Source: Octopus sinensis
Taxonomy: Eukaryota
Reading direction: 5' to 3'
DNA: 64,000 bases
NCBI RefSeq assembly: GCF_006345805.1
Contig: NC_043014.1
Location: 52,390,001-52,454,000, forward strand
Shown: positions 1 to 14,552 of the stretch, one piece after another
Position numbering within the stretch: the first letter of the stretch is position 1
Layout of the letters: each line of letters starts with the position of its first letter
Notes under the pieces: model-generated
The model's database searches: none
What the model saw: the letters and a program-made list of their open reading frames with translations, nothing else
Told to the model about the DNA's origin: nothing
Translations under genes and position numbers: made by a program

Positions 1-609
1 ATTCATTCCGGGCGAGGTATCTAAAGATACACGAAGTGAATTGCTCATCAATACAACTTGCCGCTCAGCCAGCTATCGAACATAAGATTGAATGATTTTG
101 AACAGAAACCCCTCAACTCTTGACCACGTGCTTACTATTTTGTATTTGTGTGCTTGTGTGAGTCATCAGAATTGTGCGATGAGTGTTTTTTATGGTCGTC
201 TTTCATTTCTTATATTCTTATTAATGTGCTTTTAGTGTACATCTGGATAGTATATATGTTCGTAAAACTTTAGCATTGGTACACCTAAAGAACTGAACTC
301 CAAAATATATACAAACACATAATAAAGACTAATGATATATCAAGAGCTAGATCCTTCTCTGTAGGTATACGTATATCGAATTATCAGCCCTCGGTATTCT
401 AATGCTTAATATTATAGAACAATGGAGGAATGTTAACAGAAGGGAAAATCTACATGGCAATAACCAGTGTGTCATAGAATTACAGAGTAGGACCTACAGG
501 AAAGCATACAAAATATACGAATACAGATATTGTTTATTTATAGTGATGAAATTTAAATGGCTGTACTCGCACACACTTACATATAAATGTGTGTGTGTGT
601 GTGTATGTA

Positions 610-1082
610 GAGGCGCATGGCCAATGGTTAGGGCAGCGCACTCGCGGACGTAGAATCGCGGTTTCGATTCCCAGACAGGACATTGTGAGTGTTTATTACG
701 CGAAAACACGTAGAGCTCCACGAGGCTCCGGCAGGTGGTGGTAGTGAACCCTGCTGTACTATTTCACCACAACTTTCTCTCACTCTTTCTTCCTGTCTCT
801 GTTGTACCTGTATTTCAAAGGGCCACCCTTGTCACACTGTGTCACGCTGAATCTCCCCGAGAACTACGTTAAGAGTACACGTGTGACTGGAGTGTTCAGC
901 CACTTGCACGTTAATATATGAGGCGCAATGTCACTGGTGCCAAGCTGTATCGGCCCCTTTGCCTTTCCCATGGAAAACATCAGTGGCGTGGAAAGCGGAG
1001 GCTGGCATGTGTAGGCGACTGCTGGTCTTCTATAAACAACCTTGCCCGGACTTGTGCCTCGGAGGATAACCTAGGTGCAATC
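610..1082 (+). mobile_element. tRNA-derived SINE, family A (long form)
   Basis: Head GAGGCGCATGGCCAATGGTTAGGGCAGCG with A box, B box GTTTCGATTCC. The first ~190 nt resemble the copy at 31047-31307. Flanked by (TG)n and (TA)n. Confidence 0.8.
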
Positions 1083-1115
<33 letters not shown>

Positions 1116-3869
1116 ATATATACGTACGTATATGGACATCTGTACATTCTGGAATACGATTTGAGTACTACCAATGAGTGGTTGCCACTGCACGAATAAC
1201 ATACAGTTAATTGTAAACGAATGGATAATACAATCATTACGGCTTTCGATTTACTTGATTATAAATTAAATTCTTTTGTTCTCACCACTAATTATAGTTG
1301 TCTTAAATACACAATCACACACTATTTCCTTTCACACAACATTTATACACATGCCTATGTTTACATACACTTACACATATACATACAACGCGTGTGTTTG
1401 TGTGTATGGGGACTCTTTCATTGACATTAATTAAACAGGAAAGTACAAGGAAGCAGTTGAAATATGTGATAAATTGGTTTGACGTTTGGGAGAAGAAACT
1501 TTAAACACGTCATGAAAAGCGTAACATATTTATGACGGTTCCGAAAAACTGATAAAATGGTAGGAGGGAAGGGAGAAAGTAGCGAGAACTAATTAGGGAT
1601 AAGGGAAGGAAAAAGGAGGGGGAATTCGGCGGATTAAAGGAAGCGGAAAGCACAATGCAACACATGTTTAACAGCTGTCAAAGACTGTAGATAACCAATG
1701 CGATTTTCGCAATTATGAGAAACGAGGAAGTGTGCAGATTATGATGACAAGTAAAAACATGGTTATAAATGAGGACGTTGGCTAATTAATTATCTTTATG
1801 ACAAATATGAAAAGCCTAATTTGGAGACGGCGTGTATATAGAGAAAGAGCGATGCTTATGTACAACATACTTCTCCGCTCTTTCTTCTTTCTGCATCTCT
1901 TCTATCTTTCACAATTTTCTGTTTTCAAACCCCCCCCCCCCCACTTATTCTCTCTACACATTGGCAACTTGCTTCTCTTGTATTATCAGAAACCCTCTCT
2001 TTCCCACATGCAGAACTTCATGAAGCGTTACCGTTTCGCCTTCATGCTACAGAAAAGCAACTTGATATACAGTAAGTAGAATCTAATCCACGGATCGAAA
2101 ACTTACAATTAACTAAGATTGTTCTTGCAATCAGTAGACAGTGAACGCTTTCTAAATTTAACATCGAAAGAGAATAACAAAACCGCAACGAAGGAAGTTA
2201 AGTCCAGTACTATTGGCCAATCAAATTGAAATGACCGTTCTTCAAGTAATGAGATTTTCAAATTCCTCACCATAATATATATTTAATATGTTAGTGTCCA
2301 CAGACCGAATTCTTTTATATTTTGTTGCATCGCAATACAATAAAAACGCATATTGCTAGATTACGATAGAAGTTAGTCAGAAACAAAATAAAAACACGAT
2401 TACCTGTATATTTAACAGACAAGACAATCCCCCTGTCGGTTTAAATTAAAAACATAAGACAGGTAATTCAAGGCCCACCGGCAGCTACTCAAATTGTTTA
2501 GTAACTTAAAAATAAACGATAGAAATGGAAGTGGTCCAGCCTGCTATTTTTCTTCTTTTTTTCATCATTCATTCTCTTTTAATGATATTCAAATTTGTCA
2601 CTATTCCTAATTAGCCAAGATCTACATTCATAGTTAATGCGAATATTCACGAACTGTGAATTAATATTTCAACTGCTTCATCATCATCCCGCACTAATTA
2701 TTATCACTTTGAAATCCCAGTGGTAATTTTATTCTCACGTCAGGTACGATGCATCTGTTAAACACACCATTCATCGTAAATCGTATCCAGACTCATTAGT
2801 ATATAACCACCGACAGGCACCTTCCATAGCTCTGAATCACACGCGCGATGTTCTGTCTGCTCTTTAGTTGTAGCTTAGAATTTTCTTTTTCTTTTCGATA
2901 CAAATGGTTAACGGAGAATTTTGCCTTTCGCAATACAGAAACCTTTCTCGTGGCACCAACAGACAAAATAGAAAATGCGTTGCCCCGGAAGATAGCCAGG
3001 GAGGTGCGCTGAATGTTGCTAGCGATTTGTATCGAAGGGAAAAGGTCTATAGCGTGAGATGTAAAAAGTATAAGGGAACAATAGACAGTCCGGTACAAGT
3101 GCAACTCCTTCGAAAACTGCAGTTGTAGTAGACACAAAAGTACCAGAGAGAAAATTAGATATTTTACAGGATCAATGTCAAGAATCAAAAATTGATTTAC
3201 ACGTAATTTGATTTTAATGTGTTTGTAATCTTGATTTGATGTAACACATATTCGGTGACCTAGTATTAAAAATACTAAAGAAAACAAAGTCGAAAAATCT
3301 ATTTATTTCACACAATTTCGAAATTTCAAGTGCACTGTGGAGCCTCAAGATACAAATATTAGAGCTTGAGATTTTAAGACTCCTGTTTTTTAAGTATTTT
3401 GCAAAAAAATATTGGTTTGTAACAATTAATGTAAAAAATAAAATGTGAAACAGCAAACGTGTTATAAATTGATTTTTCGCTCATAATTCAAAATTTCAAG
3501 TAGGTTTCATAGCTTGATGTAAATTTAAGAACTTCAGTTTTTAACATATGTTTTTAAAGGATTTCGCAATAAAAAATATATTCTTGAAAACATATTTCGA
3601 AAATCTATGTGACAAGTACCTTTTTCACTCCACCCTAATCTACAGTGAATATGTTTCATGCTTTCAATAAAAGATATTTTTCATGAGAGGTACCAATTCT
3701 CCGAGAAATTTCTTATTACCCAAGCATTGACAGATGTTTGAGAATGTAATATCTTCACAAAGAAATATCAAAAAAATCGTTTCAATAAAATAATATTCTG
3801 TGAATTATAAAATAAGCTATTGGATATCTACCACTATCTGTTGAACTTCAGTAATTAGTTCTTTCCTAA

Positions 3870-4050
3870 ACCTCAACTAGGGTTTCATCACTCCTGAAGG
3901 AAAGATCCCACCCTGGATTCCTTCCGCTACTATGTTTCTCTGGACAGTCCTAGCCTTATAGGCCCCAGATAACGGACTTGATCATTCTCGCCATCTAATA
4001 TTTGGTCTGCCCTTTGATGATGTCCATCGCCTTGCTGTCCCAAAGATTCA
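3870..4050 (-). mobile_element. Decayed 3' end of an RTE-like LINE
   Basis: Minus frame reads RWTSSKGRPNIRWRE*, resembling the GRPxxRWxD motif near the C-terminus of RTE ORFs. Confidence 0.35.
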
Positions 4051-4169
4051 TGCTAAACACAAGGAGGAATCCAAGATAGTCAGTACGTTAAACAGCAAGA
4101 AGCAAAGAATTTTTAAAATAGACTAAAATTTGTAGTAAAGCATTTAATGATATTTAATGATAGTTTTTA

Positions 4170-4960
4170 ATTTAGGTCCGTCGCAAGCAATTGCAGGTAG
4201 TGTGGATTGTATTAGTTGAAACTATTGACACAAGTCTTCGGCTGTAAGTTTATTTTACCGAACCCGAAATTATGATAGACAAAGCTGACCCTAGCAGGAC
4301 TTGAACTTGGAATGTATAGAAACCTCTAAAATGAACAAATATTTTCCATTATTCTAACAATTTAATTTGCTGGCGTTGTGCTTAAATTAAAACCATCTAC
4401 AACAAGGATCATTGACATCATCATGATCATTATTCAAATGGCAAGCTTGCAGAATAGTTTACCAAGCCGCACATAGCACTTGGAGGCATTTTTTCTGACT
4501 TTATGATCTGCGTTCAAATGGCGCCGAGGTCGGTTCTCATTTGTATCCTTTCGAGGTCCATTAAATAGAACCATTCACAACTGCTGGTCTTGTGTCCAAA
4601 TTGAAAGTAAAGTGGCGAGCAAACAGAATCGGTAGAGCGTCGGACAAAGCACAAAGCAAAGGAAATATTTATTCCCAGTTAACTACTGCAGTTGTTCTGG
4701 GTTCTAACAACACCTATTTAAATTATATGTATATATTTCTAGGCACTTACTGTCAAGAAATTATGGTTTGATTCTCGAATATGGTTAATATATATACGTA
4801 TAAGCTTGATCAGTGATTAAGATCGATCATGCATAATTTCTAAGTTCAAACCTTACCTGGGTCCGTTTTTGTCTTTCCATTTTCCGAATTAGTTAAATAA
4901 AGTGCCTTTCAAATACTACATTGAATTTATTGCATTCGCTATTTGTCCCCAAATGGTTTT
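4170..4960. mobile_element. Cluster of old, diverged SINE M fragments in both orientations
   Basis: Degenerate matches to the family M core, e.g. GCCGAGGTCGGTTCTCATTTGTATCCTTTCGAGGTC near 4523-4558. Confidence 0.55.
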
Positions 4961-5880
4961 GGCGTGCATGATAGAGCCAACTTCAAATCCACACTCAATC
5001 AAACCGCTCCTACTTAAGCTGAAAGTGAAACATTGATTGGTGTACTACTTTACCTCTTTGTACATAGCTGTTACACATCTGTAACGCTAGATCAGTAAAA
5101 GTAGAACATACGTTATAACATTCCACCAACTCGCACACAGAAACATATACGACCGCACACACATGTGCAAGAGTACTGCATTAATGGGGAAAACGAAAAA
5201 GACAAAAGAATTTCTCTGGTCTTTGTATCAGCAGAGAATGTGTTGTTGATGTGGCGAGAGGAACAATACAGAACCTTGCTGTGAATAAACCATTCCGTTG
5301 AAAAGCGTACGCCAGCTGCTACAATATTGTGGTGTGCTTCGACAGCAGTATACGTGGATAATAGCGGCAATATGAATTATTTAATTCTTAGAGGAGAGAT
5401 GAGAATTGTATAGGTGGGTGAGTTGGGTAATGAAAATCAAAGTGTTATGTAATTAATTATGACAGAACTGAATACTTGAAAGAGCGTTTAATTAGTCTGG
5501 CGGGGAAATATGGCGGAAGTGATGGAAGGAAAGAGTACGAGAAAAACGGGGGGGGGCGAGAGAGTGGCGGAGAGAGAGAACGCGGGAAAGAGAGGGAGAT
5601 GAGAGAGAATGTGAACGAGAGAGAGAGGGAGGGAGCGCGCAGGAAGGGTGGGAGGAAAGTGCAAGAACGAGAGAGATTGAAAGAGAAGGCGCGCACGTGG
5701 GAGTGTGAGAGAGCGAAAGGGAGAGTGAGAGAATAGAACAGAAAGTAAGAGAGAGAGAGTTGGATAGAACGGGTGCGGGAGTGAATTATGGAGAGATGGT
5801 GAGGGAACGTGAGACAGAGGGAAAGACAGAAGGCGCGCGGGAGAGAGAACAAAAGAGAGGGAGAGAGAACATGAGGGAGA

Positions 5881-6068
5881 GAGCACGAGATAGTGTGAGG
5901 GACAGGAAAAGAGAGAGAGCACGAGAGAGTGTGAGGGACAGGAAAAGAGAGAGAGCACGAGAGAGTGTGAAGGACAGGAAAAGAGAGAGAGCACGAGAGA
6001 GTGTGAGGGACAGGAAAAGAGAGAGAGCACGAGAGAGTGTGAGGGACAGGAAAAGAGAGAGAGCACGA
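5881..6068. repeat. 36-bp minisatellite (5 copies plus a partial) inside a GA-rich tract (~5500-6225)
   Basis: Unit GAGCACGAGAGAGTGTGAGGGACAGGAAAAGAGAGA repeated almost perfectly. Confidence 0.95.
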
Positions 6069-7275
6069 GTGTGAGGGAGAGGAAGAGAGTGAGAGCACGA
6101 ATCTGAGGGAGAGGAAGAGAAAGAGCACGAGACCACAGGAGATGGAGCGGGAGACCGCAAGTGAGAAGAAGAAGAGAGAGAGAGAGCACAAAAGAGGGAG
6201 AGAGCGACCACTTGAGACAGAGAGAGTTATGCTGTTTATTAAAATGGTAATTTCACGTATATTATATATATATATATATATAAGTTCCTAAAATAAAATT
6301 TTAGAAATGCATAAGACGATATTGAGTGTGACTATGTCGTATGGACGATCTGGCGATGCAATGGAATATACTTTATCGACAGCGGAAGAGTGGAAAGAGA
6401 ATAGAGGCGCATAGGGTTAAGAATTGAAATACTGAAAGAGAGTAGCAAAGTCTTGCGAGATTTTTTTTTTTTGCTCTCGTTCTCTATTAATTATGCCAGC
6501 AGAATGCCATTATGCAGAATTGGTAACAGTTACCCGGCAGTAAATCAAAATTCCATAAATACTTAATGTTCAATTTTATTTATTCATTTGGGAAAATGTA
6601 CCGCCCAAGAAGGACTCTCAGTTTGAACAAATTCAATGATATATCGTATTCATATGCTTTTATTAAATTAATTCATTTCTTAAACATAAATAAATCTTGG
6701 AATTAAATGGTTTTCATTTACTTTTAGCCAACCCTGTATGTTAAATAAATATGAATGACACCAACTATAGAACGTGCTGGTTTATCATATTTAGTGTCTA
6801 TTTTATTTATTTTTATATCATGCAATAGAAATAAGTAAAATTCACACAGCTGGCATATCATTTAGAATAAGTACACAAGCAAAACTTACTCGAAAACCTC
6901 ACCACATAAAATGGTGGAAATTCTTAATTAAATGACAGAAAGCTATCAAAATAAGCATCAATAGATATACAAAGAACTCCGTCTCTTAGAAGATAATGAA
7001 GTGAATATTATCAAACGAAATCACAAGGGATAATTCTATACGGTATTCTATGGTTTTAAGCTTTGTAAAATATGCATTCAATGTGTTGTAATGAACACGC
7101 AATGTTCTATGTTGAAGTATTTTAGTCTTCTGGCTGCCATATTTGATTCATCAATAACCAAGCATATACATACATTATAATTAATTATAAACACGTGTTT
7201 AACTGTAATACATAGACGTGAATGCTCACACATATATCTAAAAGCTTGCACAAATGTATAACTACAGAACACATA

Positions 7276-7312
<37 letters not shown>

Positions 7313-7426
7313 GAGAAAGAGAGAGAGAGGGTAAGTAATGCATCGAAAGTTCGAAATGCGCTACTCAATGACAGAGTTAATGGTTAATTTTAAAACAATG
7401 CAATGAATACATCTACGGAATATACG

Positions 7427-7560
7427 ATATTTCATATATTCATTACGCTGTTTTAAAAGTTCCTCATGTACAATAGAATCTACAGGCATATTCACAGGCC
7501 AACACATACAATGAAGCATATGTACACACACACATCCATATTCAGATACATATGTAAAAT

Positions 7561-7602
<42 letters not shown>

Positions 7603-7654
7603 TGTAGATTCTATTGTACATGTGGAACTTTTAAAACAGCGTAATGAATATATG

Positions 7655-7660
<6 letters not shown>
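7427..7660. repeat. 65-bp inverted duplication whose right arm is embedded in (TA)n
   Basis: 7427-7491 is the reverse complement of 7596-7660 with one mismatch. Confidence 0.95.
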
Positions 7661-7699
<39 letters not shown>

Positions 7700-7872
7700 G
7701 GGTTCAATAAAAAAAATTTACTTTACCACACACCGAACTTTTAGAAATAGCAGCCAAAAGATTTTAGCTATTTCTTCTACTATAAGAAAAGTCTCCTAGA
7801 CAATGTATACTCAAAAATAATTCACGTAGGTATAGAGGGAAAAATAACGAAATATCACACGTACATCTATTA

Positions 7873-7956
7873 CTTGAGAACGCGGTTTCTGAATTAGTTG
7901 GATAAATAGATGCTAGAAATACATACTCTTATCAACATTTCCTTCGTCAGCCCAAG
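7873..7956 (-). ncRNA. Type I hammerhead ribozyme motif (PLE pseudo-LTR-like)
   Basis: Minus strand: CUUGGG-CUGACGA-A-GGAA...UUCA-GAAAC-CGC-GUU^CUCAAG. 6-bp stem I, canonical core, one mismatch at the base of stem II. The host element runs into (TA)n at ~7696. Confidence 0.7.
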
Positions 7957-8612
7957 ATTTCGTTTGGTTTAAATTTGAGAGCATTAAAAATCGTGTATAT
8001 TCATATACACACACTTATGTTTCATATAAACAATTTACAACAACAGAGTACCTGGGAGAAGAGGCTAATTGTTTTGAATCTAGAAGTCTCTGTAGTGTTT
8101 AATACATTCGTTTTGAATTGCATACACACTATCCTGAATATAAACTTGAATGCTTCCGCTACGCTCTGAAAATCATTAGTGTAGTAAATGATAGAGATGT
8201 AGAAATATTCAAATCAGCTAAAATAACAACGTAATATCGATATAGTGTTTTCTATCTCACCATCGAGTTGATAAGTTCTGCCTGTCTTTGAAATGGACCG
8301 TGTTTCCCAAGCACTACATCTTGAAGAGGTTTTACCTGGACGAAGCACAATACCCAAAAGCGTTTGACCACAATTACTCACACACAAACACATTATGCAT
8401 GTCATTTGAGTAATATATATCAGAAGATATTTGCCCAAACTCAGGCACATTGTAATAGGTGGTTGATAAGTGAATCTCTTAACGCTACACCAATGCAGTT
8501 TCATTTTCCATTAGGAATCTCTCAAATATCTAAAATGTGCGTACAGCCCTTGATTCCATATACCACAGTTTATACTGCAATGCATGTATGAAACGAATCC
8601 ACCCAGCTAGAT

Positions 8613-8925
8613 CAGGGGTTCTTAATCAATTTTTATCTATGGACCTCTATGATTCCTATTTTATTCTGGTGGATCTCCATCGCCATTTTATGTTTTTTAG
8701 AAACTCAAAATTTCCATTGCGTTTTACACAGTGTGTGTAGGTTGAACAATATAAAATGTTAAAGAAACCGCGTAGTTGTGGGTTTTTTTAATTTTACTAT
8801 AAATACGTCTAAAGCAAAATATTTTCATAAGATATTTTCTTAAGATAAATCCCAATTTACTATTTTGCTGCATGGACTTATATAGACCCCTAGGGGCCAT
8901 TATAGAAACCGGTTGGGAACCACCG
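8613..8925. mobile_element. hAT/Charlie-type MITE
   Basis: Imperfect TIRs CAGGGGTTCTTAA / GGTTGGGAACCACCG. Degenerate 8-bp TSD AGCTAGAT / AACTAGAA fits the NNCTAGAN preference of Charlie elements. Confidence 0.75.
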
Positions 8926-9593
8926 AACTAGAACCCTGTAAAACGCAAATTACTGACTCAGAAAAGAAGCCAGCGTGTAATGTTTCGTACACTAAAAGAA
9001 AATTCCGAAACTTTTAGGGCCAAACGATTTATTTATTGTCATCTTTACTGCAGAGATGGAGAAAAATATAACAGACATTTATATTACTATTGTGACAAAC
9101 AAAATCACAGACGCAAGAGTATAATTTCTTGTAAAGAACAGTTGTCTGTGAAATATACGAAAGGCAGCAAAATCAATTTCATGGCAGTAAAATTTATATA
9201 TGCGTGTCAGTTATGCATTTTCATATCTCTAGTAAATATCTACATACAAAGGTTTACCAAGGCAGGAAAAAAAACAGTTAATAAAATGTTTAAACCTAAA
9301 AGCAGTGCTGTTAATTGATACATCAGTAACTCAATAATTACAGAGACTATGTTGATCAAACGGTGTTAGAACTATCAAACCGATGTACGTTTTTTTTTAT
9401 TATTTATAATATGACTTCTGTCATGGAGGCTTTGTATTGTGGTGCGTATTATTAGAGTTAATTTACCTGCCATAAGTTGTGGATAATTAGGTGTTAACGT
9501 AAGAGAAATTTCGGATGTAGTCATTTTATCACGGTTGCCCCATTAGTGAGTAAAATAACAATACACCGCTTTATATACAAATTAATTGGTCAT

Positions 9594-9645
<52 letters not shown>

Positions 9646-9647
<2 letters not shown>

Positions 9648-10051
9648 TCTTTTCCTCTCTTACTTGTTTCAGTCATTTGACTGCGGCCATGCTGGAGCAC
9701 CGCCTTTAATCGAACAACTCGACCCCGGGACTTATTCTTTTGTAAGCCCAGTACTTATTCTATCGGTCTCATTTGCCGAACCGCTATGTAACGGGGACAT
9801 AAACACACCAGCATCGGTTGTCAAGCCTTGCTAGGGGCACAAACACAGACGCACAAACACACACACGCATATATATATATATATATATATATACGACAGG
9901 CTTCTTTCAGTTTCCGTCTACCAAATCCACTCACAAGGCTTTCGTTGGCCCGAGGCTATAGTAGAAGACACTTGCCCAAAGTGCCACGCAGTGGGACTGA
10001 ACCCGGAACCATGTGGTTGGTAAGCAAGCTACTTACCACACAGCCACTCCT
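9646..10051 (-). mobile_element. tRNA-derived SINE family B (CORE-like domain, internal TA/TG microsatellite)
   Basis: Head AGGAGTGGCTGTGTGGTAAG, B box GGTTCAGTCCC, CORE-like TTGGGCAAGTGTCTT. Close copies at 41436 and 53644. Confidence 0.9.
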
Positions 10052-10987
10052 GACGTGTGAACACATACATGTACACTCGTAATATTTGCAGGGTTATTAG
10101 TACACACTCATGGTCGTATACTAAATCACCTATGGAAAATGTTGCTATTTCCAATACTTACTCTCTCTCAAGTACAATTTATAAATATATAATCACACAA
10201 AGTATGGGCGTTTAGTTCACAGGTGATCTAAACAAATAGGTACACTAGGTAAGTGCTGTAACGGATTATTAGGGCCCCAAGTTTATAACCGAGACGGGAG
10301 TTATGGAACCATTCTAGATGTCCATTTTAAAGCGGACAACAAACATTTAGGCAAGGCAAACAGCTCAGGTTGTATACAATATTATTATTGGAAATATAAA
10401 GTTGCATCAAACACGAACGCCGTATCAATTTGTGATTTATGGTTTATTTCAAGAAAATATGCTCTTCATGAAATGAAATCGCCCAGAAATGCGAAAACCA
10501 AATTTTCTCAGACTCAATGATTCTTAAAAAAGTTTGACTTATGAATAAAAAAAAATCTGCCTGACTGACTGGAATCAAAAGAGCAATCGTGATGATGTAT
10601 TCCTGACCCAATGGGCGTCATTTACATAACCATAGCTCTACTTTGATTTCCGTTGAGTACATACTTAGACAAATAGAAATACAGTAGAAAAATTAACATA
10701 GTCAAGAGGAATTTTTATATAAATGAATGCAGAAACGCGTATTCATTATGAACCTCATATCTCAAGACAATCAGAATCTCAATTCATATTTGGCGTACAA
10801 ATTCTGTTGAATTTTCTTCGACATCCGAGATAAAATATTCTCCTGACATGGTGTCAGTTGCCTCCAGCTGTACTTGTTTTTGTTTTTCCTAAAACAGAAT
10901 TTAATTTCAATAATTCATTTGCAAGGTATTTGTTTGGATTATATTCGACATGAATTAATGTTTTTAGATGCCAAAACTATGCAAGAG

Positions 10988-12146
<1,159 letters not shown>

Positions 12147-12248
12147 ATATCAGTCGAAGGTTTGTATTTTTAAGTTGTATTTCAATATTCAGGGTTAAGA
12201 GCCATTCTTGAGTAAATATTTGGAGGCTAGAACAACATTTCTCCAAAT

Positions 12249-12290
12249 CTCTCTGAAGAAGGGTTCCTGACCCCGAAACATTGTTAAAAG
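12249..12290 (+). ncRNA. Minimal hammerhead motif with decayed stem I, inside a ~240-bp element (~12147-12390) between (TA)n and (TG)n
   Basis: CUGAAGA-A-GGG(uuccugac)CCC-GAAAC-AUU-GUU. Stem I CUCU/AAAAG is only partly paired. Confidence 0.55.
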
Positions 12291-12390
12291 TAAAAAGCAT
12301 TGACTTGTAGTATTTCTTAAGATTTATATAGTTTTCGCGTGAGAAAATCAAAATATATTTTTATATAAAACTATGCACTATTCAAGTCAA

Positions 12391-12431
<41 letters not shown>

Positions 12432-13545
12432 CATATAATTACGCACTTTATGCATGCATATTTATGTTGCAATGGCGAAATCTCAAAAGAGCGTAACGTT
12501 AGTGAATATATTTAGAAATGTTTAGATAAAAAAAAAATATGAAAATTGGGTGAATGTGCCAGAAAATTATTTCCATGGGTCACTCTCGCAAAGAAAGCTG
12601 GTAGGCTTTAACGTCTCGAATTCCCGACAGTTTTTGAGGCGATATGTAAATGAACTTTACATGCATAATTCATAATTATACACACCTAAAACATTTTCTC
12701 ACCTTCCTGAGCGTCAAATTAATACACCTCCTTGTTGTTTATACACCTGCCTTCATCTTTTGTTTTTCAGTAAATTTCAACTATACATAAATGCTTTATG
12801 TATATATATATATATATGTGTGTATATTTATATATATAATAATATATTTATTATATATATATATATATATATAATATATATATGTGTGTGTGTGTATGTA
12901 TTTATATGTATATGTGTGTGTGTGTATGTATTTATATGTATATGTGTGTGTGTGTATGTATTTATATATATATATGTGTGTGTATATATATATATATATG
13001 TGTGTGTATATATATATATATGATGTTTTTTTTTTGGGGGGGGGAATACACGCACGCACTATATATCCGTTCTTCCCTCGCTTATTACAGTTCTTATTTC
13101 ATCTCATATCCATTGTCTGGACATACTGCATATGTTTATTTGGAAAAGGGAAAGAAAATGAAATGTCCATCCCGAAATGATATCCGTTTCAACACACGGT
13201 TTCACACCAGGAAACTGCAACAGAAATTCATGCACGAATACACATACACCCATTAACAAATATATCCACATGCAGGGCTATGCAAACATGTGCAAATTTG
13301 TATATACTACTGTGTATTATTTGTAAGGTGTGTATCTGTATTTTTAGGTTTGGCCGCTGCCCCATCACTAACAAAGGTCGTTGGCTTGTTTACGTATTTC
13401 TAAAATAGCAGCTCGGTCAAAGAGAATAAATACCTAAATTTAAACAAAAATATGTAATAGGATCAATTCTTTCAACTAAATCCTCCATTGTGGTCCCACA
13501 CCTTAGTTGCAGTCTAATGACTAAAACAAGCCACAACTAAGATAT

Positions 13546-13813
13546 AATAAAAGAAATAAATAAATGCGTCCTTTTAAAGCCTAGCCAGGCTCATGGGCCC
13601 GGTTTCCCGGTTTCTATGGCGTATGTGTTACCCAGCTGGACAGGACGCCAGTCCATCACAGCGTTACTCATTTTTGCCAGCTGAGTGAACTGGAGCAACG
13701 TGAAATGAAGTGTTTTGCTCAAGACCACAACGCGTCGCCCGATCCAGGAATCGAAAGCACAATCTTAGGATCACGATGCTGACACCCTAACCACTAAGCC
13801 ACGCGCCTCCACT
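13546..13813 (-). mobile_element. tRNA-derived CORE-like SINE family C
   Basis: Head GGAGGCGCGTGGCTTAGTGGTTAGG, CORE-like CTTGAGCAAAACACTTCATTTCAC. 12-bp TSD CAACTAAGATAT at 13534-13545 and 13814-13825. Inserted at the tail of an old family B copy (~13330-13530). Confidence 0.9.
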
Positions 13814-14454
13814 CAACTAAGATATGCACACGAACAAATACAGATAGAATACACTTGTAATACATCTTTCAAATTAAAAACCAATTCTTTAGAAAAGGCG
13901 TATTGTAAAATATTCCAAGTTTCCACGCTAATTTTGTGGACTAAATCAAGTCATTGCAAACGGTCTTAAATAATTACCTTGTCAATCCAAAGCTCGATCC
14001 TCAGAGGGCTATGAGAGCTATAGTATTCACCAAGGTCTATCTGAAGAAAACAAAAGGCCATGTTTTGACGGCAATTATAGTATTTGTTGTATTGTATTGA
14101 TCTAACGCATGCTTGGTATGCTGTGACGAAGCACAAGAATCTGCAAGATCATGAGATTGTTGCAGAGAATACAATAGAAACATGTCAATCGAACATGAAT
14201 GCGATATCGAAACAAAGGCATCTGGCCGGGGTTTTTCTAATAATGGAAAACCTCGATTCCCTAGACAAAAGTTCCGTTCATTTTTGTGTAGTGGTAAGAA
14301 AGAAGATTGCAAATCCAGAGATAGTACAATATAGCTAAATCGATCAGGTGAGCATTCGATATCGCTACTCGATGCAGAACGGCAGTAGTTGAGGAAAGAT
14401 AACACTGAAACACGTTGATTTCATCCTCCTTATGCGGCTCTCTGATTATCCATG

Positions 14455-14552
14455 GATTATGCGCTTTTGTATAAAAGGGGATTATGCGTTTTTGTATACA
14501 AAGGGATTATGCGTTTTTGTATACAAGGGGATTATGCGTCTTTGTATACAAG
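14455..14552. repeat. 25-bp minisatellite, 4 copies
   Basis: GATTATGCGTTTTTGTATACAAAGG starting at 14455, 14480, 14505 and 14530. Confidence 0.95.

Noticed and set aside
610-680. tRNA genes at SINE heads
   Set aside because: A and B boxes are present, but there is no full cloverleaf and the heads continue into repeat bodies with TSDs.
2794-3646. Possible DNA transposon remnant with a Cys-rich RCAECC frame
   Set aside because: No matching TIR pair or TSD, and the similarity is too weak to assign.
5457-6211. ORFs with 12-aa repeats (RARESVRDRKRE, SLSFPVPHTLSC)
   Set aside because: Open in several frames and on both strands because of a GA-rich minisatellite.
14455-14552. CRISPR-like short repeats
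   Set aside because: Contiguous units with no spacers, in a eukaryotic context.
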